Positions 45,978 to 53,777 of a stretch of DNA of 58,689 bases are shown in pieces (position 1 is the stretch's first letter; each line of letters starts with the position of its first letter). The DNA is from a virus (taxonomy: Duplodnaviria > Caudoviricetes): positions 1 through 58,689 of IMG/VR virus record IMGVR_UViG_3300002855_000236. The stretch is one strand, 5' to 3'. The notes below the pieces were generated by a model. That model ran no database searches, was not told where the DNA came from, and saw only the letters and a list, made by a program, of their open reading frames with translations. The translations under genes were made by a program, and so were the position numbers.

Positions 45978-47840
45978 TTACACTTCCACCCCCTTGTTTA
46001 CCTTCCCGCGGCGTTTGGCAACAGGTTTCTTGATTGGCACCGAGTTGCTTCCCGCGCCTTCTGCTTCTTCGCGCATCCGCTGGAGTGTCGCGAGCGTCGG
46101 TTCCCCGCCCATGATCTCGAGCGCGGCCGTGGCGTAATTCCGGCAGTCGAGTGCTTCATTTCGGGATCCGGCGATCCTCAGTTCCCAATGATAAACGGCC
46201 CGCCCCTTCACCATGCGTCTCACACGATGCTCAGAAGTTATCTGGTGGAAATAGTCCTCCTCGTATCCGGCGTCCTGCTTCATAGGGAAATGGCAATAGC
46301 CCGGCTTGTCCTCGAAACGGACGGCCAGGCGCGATGATAGAGTATCCTTACCGACGTCGACCCCGATGATAAACAGCCAAGCGCCCTCGTCGTTCCGCTT
46401 TTTAGGGCGGGTAATAAACGGGATGCCCGAGCCGCCTCTGCCTTTGATCGCCCATACTCGTCGCGCCTCTCTCTTCTTGCATGCGGTATAAACCTCTTTC
46501 GTATTATGGCCGCCGGAGTCGACGCACGTCGTCATCACCTGCAACTGCTGACCGTCAGCTCGTCGGAAAGTGTTGGTGATGACCTGCGTATCTAGCATTT
46601 CCCATACGTAATTCTGGCCCGGGTCGCCCATGATGACGCCGTATCGGACACCCCATGACTTCGCATCAGGCCCCCATCCGACGACCTCGTACTCGAGCCG
46701 GTTACCTTGGACGTCTACGCCACACGTGAGCAGCAGGACGTCGTTCGGCACCTCGGCGGCGTATTGCTCCCGGCGCTTTATCAAGTCGTCGGCATCGACG
46801 CCCGTCCCCTTCTCTTCCCACGTTTCCCCCAGAGACGTATTAATCCAGACCTTCAGCTTCTCGGGGCCGCCACGCTCGGCCGTTACGAAATCTTCGACGA
46901 TCTCATTCCAACGTTTCCAAGGGCTCGCGAGCTCGTTCAGGTGAAAACCTCGAACCTTCTTATTCTGCACGCGGGCTACCCATTCACCGGTGCCCGATTT
47001 CCATTCGCGCTCGCTATGCATAGCACCGCAATACTTGCAGGCCATGGAAACAGCAGTACATTTCCTTCGTTCTTTGTCATACTCGAATTTCACTTGGGGC
47101 CAAGACAGCGGTTGTCGTTCCGCGCAACTGGGGCAAGGAAGGCACCATTGTTCTTGGCTACTTTCCTCGTAATACTCATCAATACTGGATGAACCTTTGA
47201 TCGTCGGCGTGCTCGCCAGGATTCGTTTTCTATTCCAGAATGTTGTTGTTCGCTTGGTTGCAAGTTCGACCGGATCGCCTTCTGTTCCGGCAGATACCGG
47301 AAAACGATCAACCTCATCTGCAATCAGTATCCTGATTGGACGACTCGCCAACGAAGCAGGCGAGTTTGCACCTGCCAAAGTAACATGTCCACCAGGGAAT
47401 GTTTTGTGAAGCAGTGTATTTCCGCCGTCACGGGATTTAGTCCGTATTCGCTCATTAAGTGCTGGCGTATCACGAATCATCGGTGAGAGTCGATCTTTCG
47501 AATAGGCCTCTGCCATATCGAGCGTCGGCTGCAGAAACATTACCGGCGCAGGATCCTGATGGACATGGAAACCGAGGATATTCGACAGTATCGCCGTTTT
47601 CCCGATTTGTGCGCTCGTCTTGAAAATTGCGGTGTCTGTTTCTGGGTCGCAGATAGCATCCATCATCTCACGCTGGTACGGCGCCCTGTCTGTCCGCCAT
47701 CTACCGGGCTCCGATGAGTCTTCCGGCGATAACCTGCGATATTCGTCAGCCCATCCGGAAACTTTTAGGACCGGCGGCGGAGCGACGACTGCTGCGAGAC
47801 TTCGGAAAAGTTGAATCGTTCGGGCTTTAGGTTTGCCCAT
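45978..47840 (-). CDS. Terminase large subunit (lambda gpA family)
   Basis: SAQIGKT, DEVDR, STPT, CPSC, GVDVQ, DSGG, NEALD. Confidence 0.96.
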   Translation of the reverse strand: MGKPKARTIQLFRSLAAVVAPPPVLKVSGWADEYRRLSPEDSSEPGRWRTDRAPYQREMMDAICDPETDTAIFKTSAQIGKTAILSNILGFHVHQDPAPVMFLQPTLDMAEAYSKDRLSPMIRDTPALNERIRTKSRDGGNTLLHKTFPGGHVTLAGANSPASLASRPIRILIADEVDRFPVSAGTEGDPVELATKRTTTFWNRKRILASTPTIKGSSSIDEYYEESSQEQWCLPCPSCAERQPLSWPQVKFEYDKERRKCTAVSMACKYCGAMHSEREWKSGTGEWVARVQNKKVRGFHLNELASPWKRWNEIVEDFVTAERGGPEKLKVWINTSLGETWEEKGTGVDADDLIKRREQYAAEVPNDVLLLTCGVDVQGNRLEYEVVGWGPDAKSWGVRYGVIMGDPGQNYVWEMLDTQVITNTFRRADGQQLQVMTTCVDSGGHNTKEVYTACKKREARRVWAIKGRGGSGIPFITRPKKRNDEGAWLFIIGVDVGKDTLSSRLAVRFEDKPGYCHFPMKQDAGYEEDYFHQITSEHRVRRMVKGRAVYHWELRIAGSRNEALDCRNYATAALEIMGGEPTLATLQRMREEAEGAGSNSVPIKKPVAKRRGKVNKGVEV

Positions 47841-48366
47841 CTATATCAACCCCTGCTTCTGCTCCTTCCCGGAAAAGCTCCGGATCGTAATCGGCGAGTT
47901 CTGCCAAAGCTTCATGCAAATCCTTGGTCAATTGAGCCTTGATGATGTTTATGTCGTCGATACCGGCTATCTGCGGTGAAAGTTTAGTCGGAATGGAAAG
48001 GATCTTCTGCCGGAATGCGGTGATCATGTCCGACATGACAGCCTCGACGTCTTCCGCAGAGTGCAATTCACCACGCAACTGCGATAGTTGAAGCGCAGCT
48101 CGTTCCGTCTTAATCCGTTCATGTTCCGTCTTATGGTCGATATACCTCGGCTTCGAGTCTTCCTTGCCTCCCGCAGCGTGCTCTACGTAGGCCTGAATCG
48201 CCTCTCCAAGGATGTATTTTCCGCGACTGACTTGAGTCAGCACGTTATCCGTAGTCAATTGACGTATCCAGCGAGGTGTTTTTCCGATAATTTGGGCCAA
48301 TTCGCCGCCCATGACTTCCATATCGCTCAAAAGAGGCTTCGCTTCCGCTTTTTTTCTTGCCATCAC
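47827..48366 (-). CDS. Terminase small subunit (Nu1-like)
   Basis: N-terminal wHTH (LAQIIGKTPRWIRQL) plus coiled coil. Confidence 0.88.
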   Translation of the reverse strand: MMARKKAEAKPLLSDMEVMGGELAQIIGKTPRWIRQLTTDNVLTQVSRGKYILGEAIQAYVEHAAGGKEDSKPRYIDHKTEHERIKTERAALQLSQLRGELHSAEDVEAVMSDMITAFRQKILSIPTKLSPQIAGIDDINIIKAQLTKDLHEALAELADYDPELFREGAEAGVDIDGQT

Positions 48367-48504
48367 CTCACCTCAACTTCCGCTTTTCGGAATTTAACTG
48401 TAATAAAAATATTTACACATCATTTGAAGCGATCTTTGGGCCGGATTCACGTTTCACGAAAAATGAGGAAGAGGAAGCGATTTTTCGACTTTGTGTCTAG
48501 CCGC

Positions 48505-48555
48505 TTTTTGGGCTCTCTTGTACCCGCAGGCACCCGAAGTGCCGGAAGGACCCGT
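48505..48555 (-). other. Probable cos site (lambda-like cosQ plus cosN)
   Basis: Minus strand ACGGGTCCTTCCGG...GCGGGTACAAGAGAGCCC resembles lambda ACGGGTCCTTTCCGG...; upstream of terS. Confidence 0.65.
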
Positions 48556-48815
48556 CAGACGCCCGGAATCGACCATTTCCGACACGATACCCCGCTGTCT
48601 GGTACTCCAATACCCCAAAACGCTTAGAACACCATTTATGGGCGCGACAGATGCATTTCCGCATTCCTGCCCTACCGACCCTACCATTCAATTGCCTGTT
48701 GTCCACTCGTCAGCGCCCGCGAGAGCCGCGCCGCGCAAAGAATTGAATCTCTGTACCTCTGACGGAGAACGCTGCTCATAACGTATGCCATAGAGTTCAG
48801 CGCTTCGATCTTGTA

Positions 48816-49010
48816 TCAAGGGGGCATTGCACAATGCTGGGATACAAGGACAACCGAATCTCCCTCAACCCTGTATTGGCTGACCGTGTCTTCTTCCTGC
48901 GTAAAGAGAAGGATGTTCATTCGGCCCTCTGAATTAAGCCAGGCCCTTACGCGATAATCGATAAACCCATTGCCCACGTTTTGGATGAGGAGTTGCTCTA
49001 ACGTGCTCAT
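48816..49010 (-). CDS. Hypothetical protein
   Basis: ATGA-coupled ORF. Confidence 0.5.
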   Translation of the reverse strand: MSTLEQLLIQNVGNGFIDYRVRAWLNSEGRMNILLFTQEEDTVSQYRVEGDSVVLVSQHCAMPP

Positions 49011-49249
49011 GATCCATCAACGATGCCTTTTGCCCATGTTGCCATAGCTACCCGAGTGATGTTTCCTTCGGAGATATTAGCCCTTCCCCCTTTGACCACT
49101 CTATACCTGAAACAGTCGTTTTCAGCTTGAGACGAATAAAGCTTAAAATCTGCTCCCTGTCCTATGATCTGCCTTTCCTGATAAGAGCGTCCCGTCTTTC
49201 CGTTATGGTACGTCTTGCCCACTTCGATCTCTTCTTTCTTCATGCCCAT
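49007..49249 (-). CDS. Hypothetical phage protein
   Basis: GGAGG RBS; IEVGKTY...TWAK. Confidence 0.65.
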   Translation of the reverse strand: MGMKKEEIEVGKTYHNGKTGRSYQERQIIGQGADFKLYSSQAENDCFRYRVVKGGRANISEGNITRVAMATWAKGIVDGS

Positions 49250-49323
49250 TACCTCCGTAGTATGAATTAACTGCATATAAAAAAAGCCGCTCTCTTGAAC
49301 GACTTTTTCTCGCAATCTCTGAC

Positions 49324-49491
49324 CATATATATAGATCTTATCTTTAAAGTTATCTTTAAATATCTTTCTTAGTCCCCTAAATGGGGGACACCTCCGTCCC
49401 CTAATTGGGGGACACCCCGTCCCCTAAATGGGGGACACCCCCCGTCCCCTAAATGGGGGACACCCTAACCGTCCCCTAAATGGGGGACACC
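49324..49491. repeat. Five 21-bp palindromic repeats GTCCCCTAA(A/T)TGGGGGACACC plus AT-rich TATCTTT repeats; origin-like
   Basis: Copies at 49372, 49396, 49419, 49444 and 49471; AT tract 49324-49371. Confidence 0.85.
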
Positions 49492-49576
49492 CCCTCGAAA
49501 ATGGAGCTCTTTATCAGCAGGGAAGATATGCGTAAAAGTGCAAATATAAATCAATGAAAAAGGCGCCTTCAGGCGC

Positions 49577-49813
49577 CTATACAGCAGTTAAGTAATTAAT
49601 TCCCTTGCCTGATATCCTTACTGCCAATGTTGTGTTGTTCTGGGCTACACTCTTCAAAAAATCATAGTCAATCAAGAAGTAATAGTCCAATACGCTACTG
49701 CCAATATGGGACAGATCGATCGTTACAACAGCTCGACCATGCATGTGAGCTTCATAGACCGTTTTCAAGATCTTTGATCTTTTTTCGTTTAAGACAAGTT
49801 CATCCAACATCAA
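49577..49813 (-). CDS. Small wHTH-like protein with own promoter and terminator
   Basis: TTGGCG-17-TATGAT upstream; ISGKGINY; hairpin at 49557-49578. Confidence 0.6.
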   Translation of the reverse strand: MMLDELVLNEKRSKILKTVYEAHMHGRAVVTIDLSHIGSSVLDYYFLIDYDFLKSVAQNNTTLAVRISGKGINYLTAV

Positions 49814-49890
49814 ATATCACCCCCATCGACATCATACATCAACTTCCATAATTCGCCAATGTATTTTAGGGACGCCGGAACCATCGGGCC

Positions 49891-50241
49891 TTACCAAGGA
49901 ATTTCTTCGAACGACTGGCTTTTAGCTACCGCGCCGATGATGTCCGCGATCTGGAATTGTTCGCCTTCGACGGTGAACGTTCTCGAATAAGGATCGACTC
50001 TATCGACGACGCCGATCACCGCCAAATCTTCATATTTATGATAAAGCTGAAATTCGGCCGTCACCCTCATCCCCAGTGACTCCATGAGCACGCGCATGAT
50101 CTGCTCTTTTTCCTGCTCGTCCAGCACCGGCCGCTCGCCGCGGAATTTGTCTCGATGATGGAAATGCGACTGCAACGCCGAATCGTGTTCCGGAATTATG
50201 AACTTCGATTTCCAACGCTCGTTGCCACCCAGATTAAACAT
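49891..50241 (-). CDS. YolD-like protein (start ATG 50241)
   Basis: RWKSK.IIPEH, RPVLDEQE; GAGGGTG RBS. Confidence 0.85.
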   Translation of the reverse strand: MFNLGGNERWKSKFIIPEHDSALQSHFHHRDKFRGERPVLDEQEKEQIMRVLMESLGMRVTAEFQLYHKYEDLAVIGVVDRVDPYSRTFTVEGEQFQIADIIGAVAKSQSFEEIPW

Positions 50242-50282
50242 AACAGGATCACCCTCAAATAATTTGGTGTTCCCATTATACG

Positions 50283-50296
50283 CGAACACTCGTTCT
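50283..50296. promoter_or_regulatory. LexA (DinR) SOS box at yolD promoter
   Basis: CGAACACTCGTTCT matches GAAC-N4-GTTC; adjacent minus-strand TATAAT. Confidence 0.8.
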
Positions 50297-50321
50297 TATA
50301 TCCAATCTTATTTTTCGATAC

Positions 50322-51185
50322 ATCGAAGCCTTCAACCGGCGCATAGCCAGAAACACGTATCAGGTGTTCCCCTTTGCGCGACTGCCTCCCAGTTGGCCCG
50401 GTTGAAGGCTTCGATCTATGAGCGGGCGAGGAGGCCCGCTCTCTTCAAACACGGCCATTTGCTGACGCAGGCCGCAAGCGCTGCCGATCCAGACCTTATC
50501 GCTTGGCATCAACGCGTAAAGGTCTCCTTCGTACCCGTCGGCTTTCCCCGCCGGAGGTCCATGCCATCGAAGGATGTTGGGGAGGTCTGGAGTGTCAAAA
50601 TTGAGGAATAAGCAGTGTTTACCGGACCAGGGTTCCGACCCCTGTCGCATACCAGAACGCCCCTAACGGACGTGGCGGGATTCGAACCCGCTCTCTCGTG
50701 TCTATTCCCACCCAGTGGGCAATCCGGCATATGGAGCGGACGGCGGGATTCGAACCCGACGTAATCGGCTTGGAAGGCCGAGGCATTGCCTTTATGCTAC
50801 GTCCGCATAGTGGTCGGCGCCGAACACCTTGGAGTTGCCGCCGACCTACTTGACTCTTTGTGCGTCGCTCATCTTTTCCGCCCTTAACTCCCTCCTATGG
50901 GAAGGGTAGGTTTGACTTAGAGCCTTGGACTTTTGCACGCACGATATTGTTTGTGGGCCGCGGGCCACTCTCCCGCGGATGGCAATCCTCAAAATGCCGC
51001 TTGTTTGACGCGATCTCTACGTTCCGTCTCTCTTCCGGCACCCACGACAATACATTGACGATTTACATAAGAGCTCGGAAAACCGCCGTCGGAGCTTTCA
51101 CCGCAATAGAAAAAGCCGACCTATTGGCCGGCTCGATCGACGAGGCGTTCACGCCCCGCGGTGTCCTCTGTGCGATTTCCTGATG
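50322..51185 (-). ncRNA. Candidate large structured ncRNA or ncRNA array containing tRNA-Gly
   Basis: No credible ORF; consecutive long stems; tRNA-shaped modules; upstream extended -10. Confidence 0.55.
50732..50806 (-). tRNA. tRNA-Gly(TCC) with 1-nt T-stem bulge
   Basis: GCGGACG/CGTCCGC acceptor, CTTCCAA anticodon loop, TTCGAAT T-loop, TCCA end. Confidence 0.88.
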
Positions 51186-51190
51186 ATATA

Positions 51191-51199
51191 AATATACCA
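51191..51199 (-). promoter_or_regulatory. Extended -10 (TGGTATATT) without a good -35; probable activator-dependent late promoter
   Basis: Faces ncRNA region and packaging genes; hairpin plus T tract at 51110-51133. Confidence 0.5.
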
Positions 51200-51262
51200 T
51201 GGTCCAAGTCCAATAACACATAATACGATTTCAAAATTCACTCATAATTACCGCACGAAGAA

Positions 51263-52366
51263 TCAAGATGTAGTGACCAATAATTGGAATACATAATTCC
51301 CCACTACACCTGCTATTACACTAGTAACAAAACTGATAATAAATTTCCAAAGCCCCTTATTAGATTCTCTTTTAATAGATTCTTTATATTTTAATGACTC
51401 CTCTGTTAAACACAAAAAGGAGGATTGTATTTGTATATCATCTATCATGAGATCGAATATTACACCGATAAAAATCGCTATTGTTGCTGAGGCAATCAGA
51501 ACAACAGTGATAAATTGATTAAAACTCAACCATTCACCCGCAGCAATATATTGTGAAATGAAATTTACTTTATCATCTAATGAAGACGATGAGGAAATTC
51601 CATCATTAACTTTGCTCAAAGAATAATCCGCAAATTTACTAGTAGTGAGTATACATCCAACAATCGATATCAATAAAAACAATATACCTCCGAAAATAGA
51701 TACACTATTTTTATATTTTGACAATAAACTGATAAATGTCCTTTTAGACTCATCCATACAACTTTTAACTTGGAGAGTCAATAACGAGTCAATGTCATTC
51801 CCCCATGATCTAGCGGTGTGATTAATTATATGCATAATCCGTCCTGGTTCATTTTTAAATCTGATGATATTCCTTTTGTCGTTAAGAAACGACATTTTAT
51901 TATTTGAGTAATGATCAGAAATAATTATTAACTCTATTTCTTGTTTCTCAGGGAATTCTCTGTCAGCGAATTTGACTAAGTATGACCAATAAACATTGAT
52001 ACTGGTGGAAATAACTTTACGCAACTCATTGTATGTTTTAAATTCTTCAAGGGAGCTCATTGTAACTGAAGAATCATCATCGTAAGAAATTTTAACAGTA
52101 AATTGAACTAGTTCTGCTACATTCTGTTGTTTTATTCTCTGTTCCAATAAATGATAAATGTTAATGATATCATTTTTATGTATCTCAAATGACCCATAAA
52201 AACTTCGGGAAAGTTCTTGCGGCTTTCCAAGTAAACTTGATATAAAATCTTTAAATCCCTCCTGATTAAGAGGAAGACTTACAAACCCTTGCTTTACTGA
52301 AGCATCTGGTTCAATGTCAATAATGATATTTTGATGACTTGTTTTTTGAATCGTCAAATTAATCAC
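51263..52366 (-). CDS. AT-rich membrane protein (soluble N-domain plus ~3 TM), unknown function
   Basis: AAGGTGA RBS; hydrophobic C-terminal helices; low GC. Confidence 0.75.
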   Translation of the reverse strand: MINLTIQKTSHQNIIIDIEPDASVKQGFVSLPLNQEGFKDFISSLLGKPQELSRSFYGSFEIHKNDIINIYHLLEQRIKQQNVAELVQFTVKISYDDDSSVTMSSLEEFKTYNELRKVISTSINVYWSYLVKFADREFPEKQEIELIIISDHYSNNKMSFLNDKRNIIRFKNEPGRIMHIINHTARSWGNDIDSLLTLQVKSCMDESKRTFISLLSKYKNSVSIFGGILFLLISIVGCILTTSKFADYSLSKVNDGISSSSSLDDKVNFISQYIAAGEWLSFNQFITVVLIASATIAIFIGVIFDLMIDDIQIQSSFLCLTEESLKYKESIKRESNKGLWKFIISFVTSVIAGVVGNYVFQLLVTTS

Positions 52367-52463
52367 CTTTTCGATTTATTAATACATTTCCACCCATAAT
52401 AATCCATCACCTTCCAATCGTAAAGATAATAATTACATATCATATCGATATTCATGTTATGAG

Positions 52464-53330
52464 TTATATATAGAAGAAATCAACAAACTCCGGTGACCTA
52501 AGAATTCCAGCCCGAGTCCAATTCCTAAACCGCACTTTCACATTAATTTTCGGTTCCACGAATACAAATTCGCGATCCTCACTGATAGCGATTTTTTTTG
52601 CAATTTGATAAAATGCTCTCTTATGGTCCGACGGTACCGCAAGCTCGATAATCCCAACCGGTCGCCCCCGATACGTCGCTAGCCATCCGAATTGGTCCTT
52701 TCGGTATCCCGCAATCTGAACGACATCGTAATTGTAGTTAATGATCTTGATCCAGTTGGCATCGCGCCGTCCGGTATAGCGGCTTGTCTGCTTCTTTGCG
52801 ACGATTCCCTCGAGCTTCTTTTGCTGGATGACATCAAACAGAGCGACACCAGTCCCAGGGACGCTCAAGATGGGAGAGAAGAACTGATTTGGCGTCAGCA
52901 CTTCCCGAAGGATCCGCTTGCGCTCCGTGAGTGGCAGCGCCCGCAGATCGCGCCCGCGGTACCGCAAAATATCGAATGCGTAAAAGTGGACCGGCTGCCG
53001 TATCATCGCCTGCCGGATCGCCAGCGGCTTTCGAGTCGAAAATCGTTGCTGGATGAGCTCAAAATCGATCGTTCCGGTATCTGGATCGATGCAAGCGACC
53101 TCGCCGTCCAGAACGACGTCGGAGGTATCCTCGATCGGCACGTCGTGCAGCTCGGGGTATTGCCGCGTGACGTCGTTATTATGACGAGTAAAAAGACGGA
53201 CCTGCCCGGCCTCCATGGAGAGGATGAGACGGTGTCCGTCGATCTTGGGTTCGTATAGGTACCGCTCATCGTCGAACGGTTGCTCTCGCTTTTCCAAAAG
53301 CATCGGCTCGAGGAACATCCCGTACACCAC
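52464..53330 (-). CDS. ATP-dependent DNA ligase (minimal LigB/LigD-ligase type)
   Basis: EPKIDGHR, LDGEV, FDIL, EGIVAK, WIKI. Confidence 0.92.
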   Translation of the reverse strand: MVYGMFLEPMLLEKREQPFDDERYLYEPKIDGHRLILSMEAGQVRLFTRHNNDVTRQYPELHDVPIEDTSDVVLDGEVACIDPDTGTIDFELIQQRFSTRKPLAIRQAMIRQPVHFYAFDILRYRGRDLRALPLTERKRILREVLTPNQFFSPILSVPGTGVALFDVIQQKKLEGIVAKKQTSRYTGRRDANWIKIINYNYDVVQIAGYRKDQFGWLATYRGRPVGIIELAVPSDHKRAFYQIAKKIAISEDREFVFVEPKINVKVRFRNWTRAGILRSPEFVDFFYI

Positions 53331-53412
53331 CAGTATATCTAAGTTGATATACCGATTGTATCATTAGGAAGTAGGCGGTGATGCCGGTAAATAATCCCGA
53401 GAGTCAGCAAAG

Positions 53413-53625
53413 TTATCGAGCTCTTTCCTCTGAGCCAACATCATTGAAAAACCTGATGCAGTATAAGGCGCAAATTCCAACAATGACATAAATAATTCGA
53501 GACATAACAGAATCTTGACCTCCGAAAATCCCCGCAACTAAATCGTACTCAAATAAACCGATCAATAGCCAGTTCAGACCCCCAATGATTAATAAACTGA
53601 GTGCTACGATGTTCAATGTCTTCAC
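53413..53625 (-). CDS. DUF378 (YuzA-like) small membrane protein (start GTG 53625)
   Basis: IIGGLNWLLIGLF.YDLVA.IFG...SRIIY.IVG. Confidence 0.85.
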   Translation of the reverse strand: MKTLNIVALSLLIIGGLNWLLIGLFEYDLVAGIFGGQDSVMSRIIYVIVGICALYCIRFFNDVGSEERAR

Positions 53626-53777
53626 ACTGCATTCTCCGTTCCAATTTTTTAGGAACAGTATCCCGCAAAACTTTTTTTTTATGCTCAATGGGCATTTTTT
53701 ATCATTGCATAAGAGAAACTGGGAATACGGCATAATACAATTCGAGTTGTAAATAAAAACAGAAATGAGGCTGTTCA

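Noticed and set aside
49372-49491. CRISPR array or mini-array
   Set aside because: Spacers are only 2-6 nt and no cas genes are present; the adjacent AT tract fits iterons better
50336-50402. c-di-GMP-I riboswitch resemblance (GGCCAAC...GCGCAAAG...CTATG)
   Set aside because: No GNRA tetraloop or receptor, and the 18-bp closing stem is incompatible; cmscan would settle it
50198-51183. ORFs 50198-50611, 50360-50650, 50509-50730 and 50860-51183
   Set aside because: No RBS, unprotein-like composition, and they overlap tRNA-like stems
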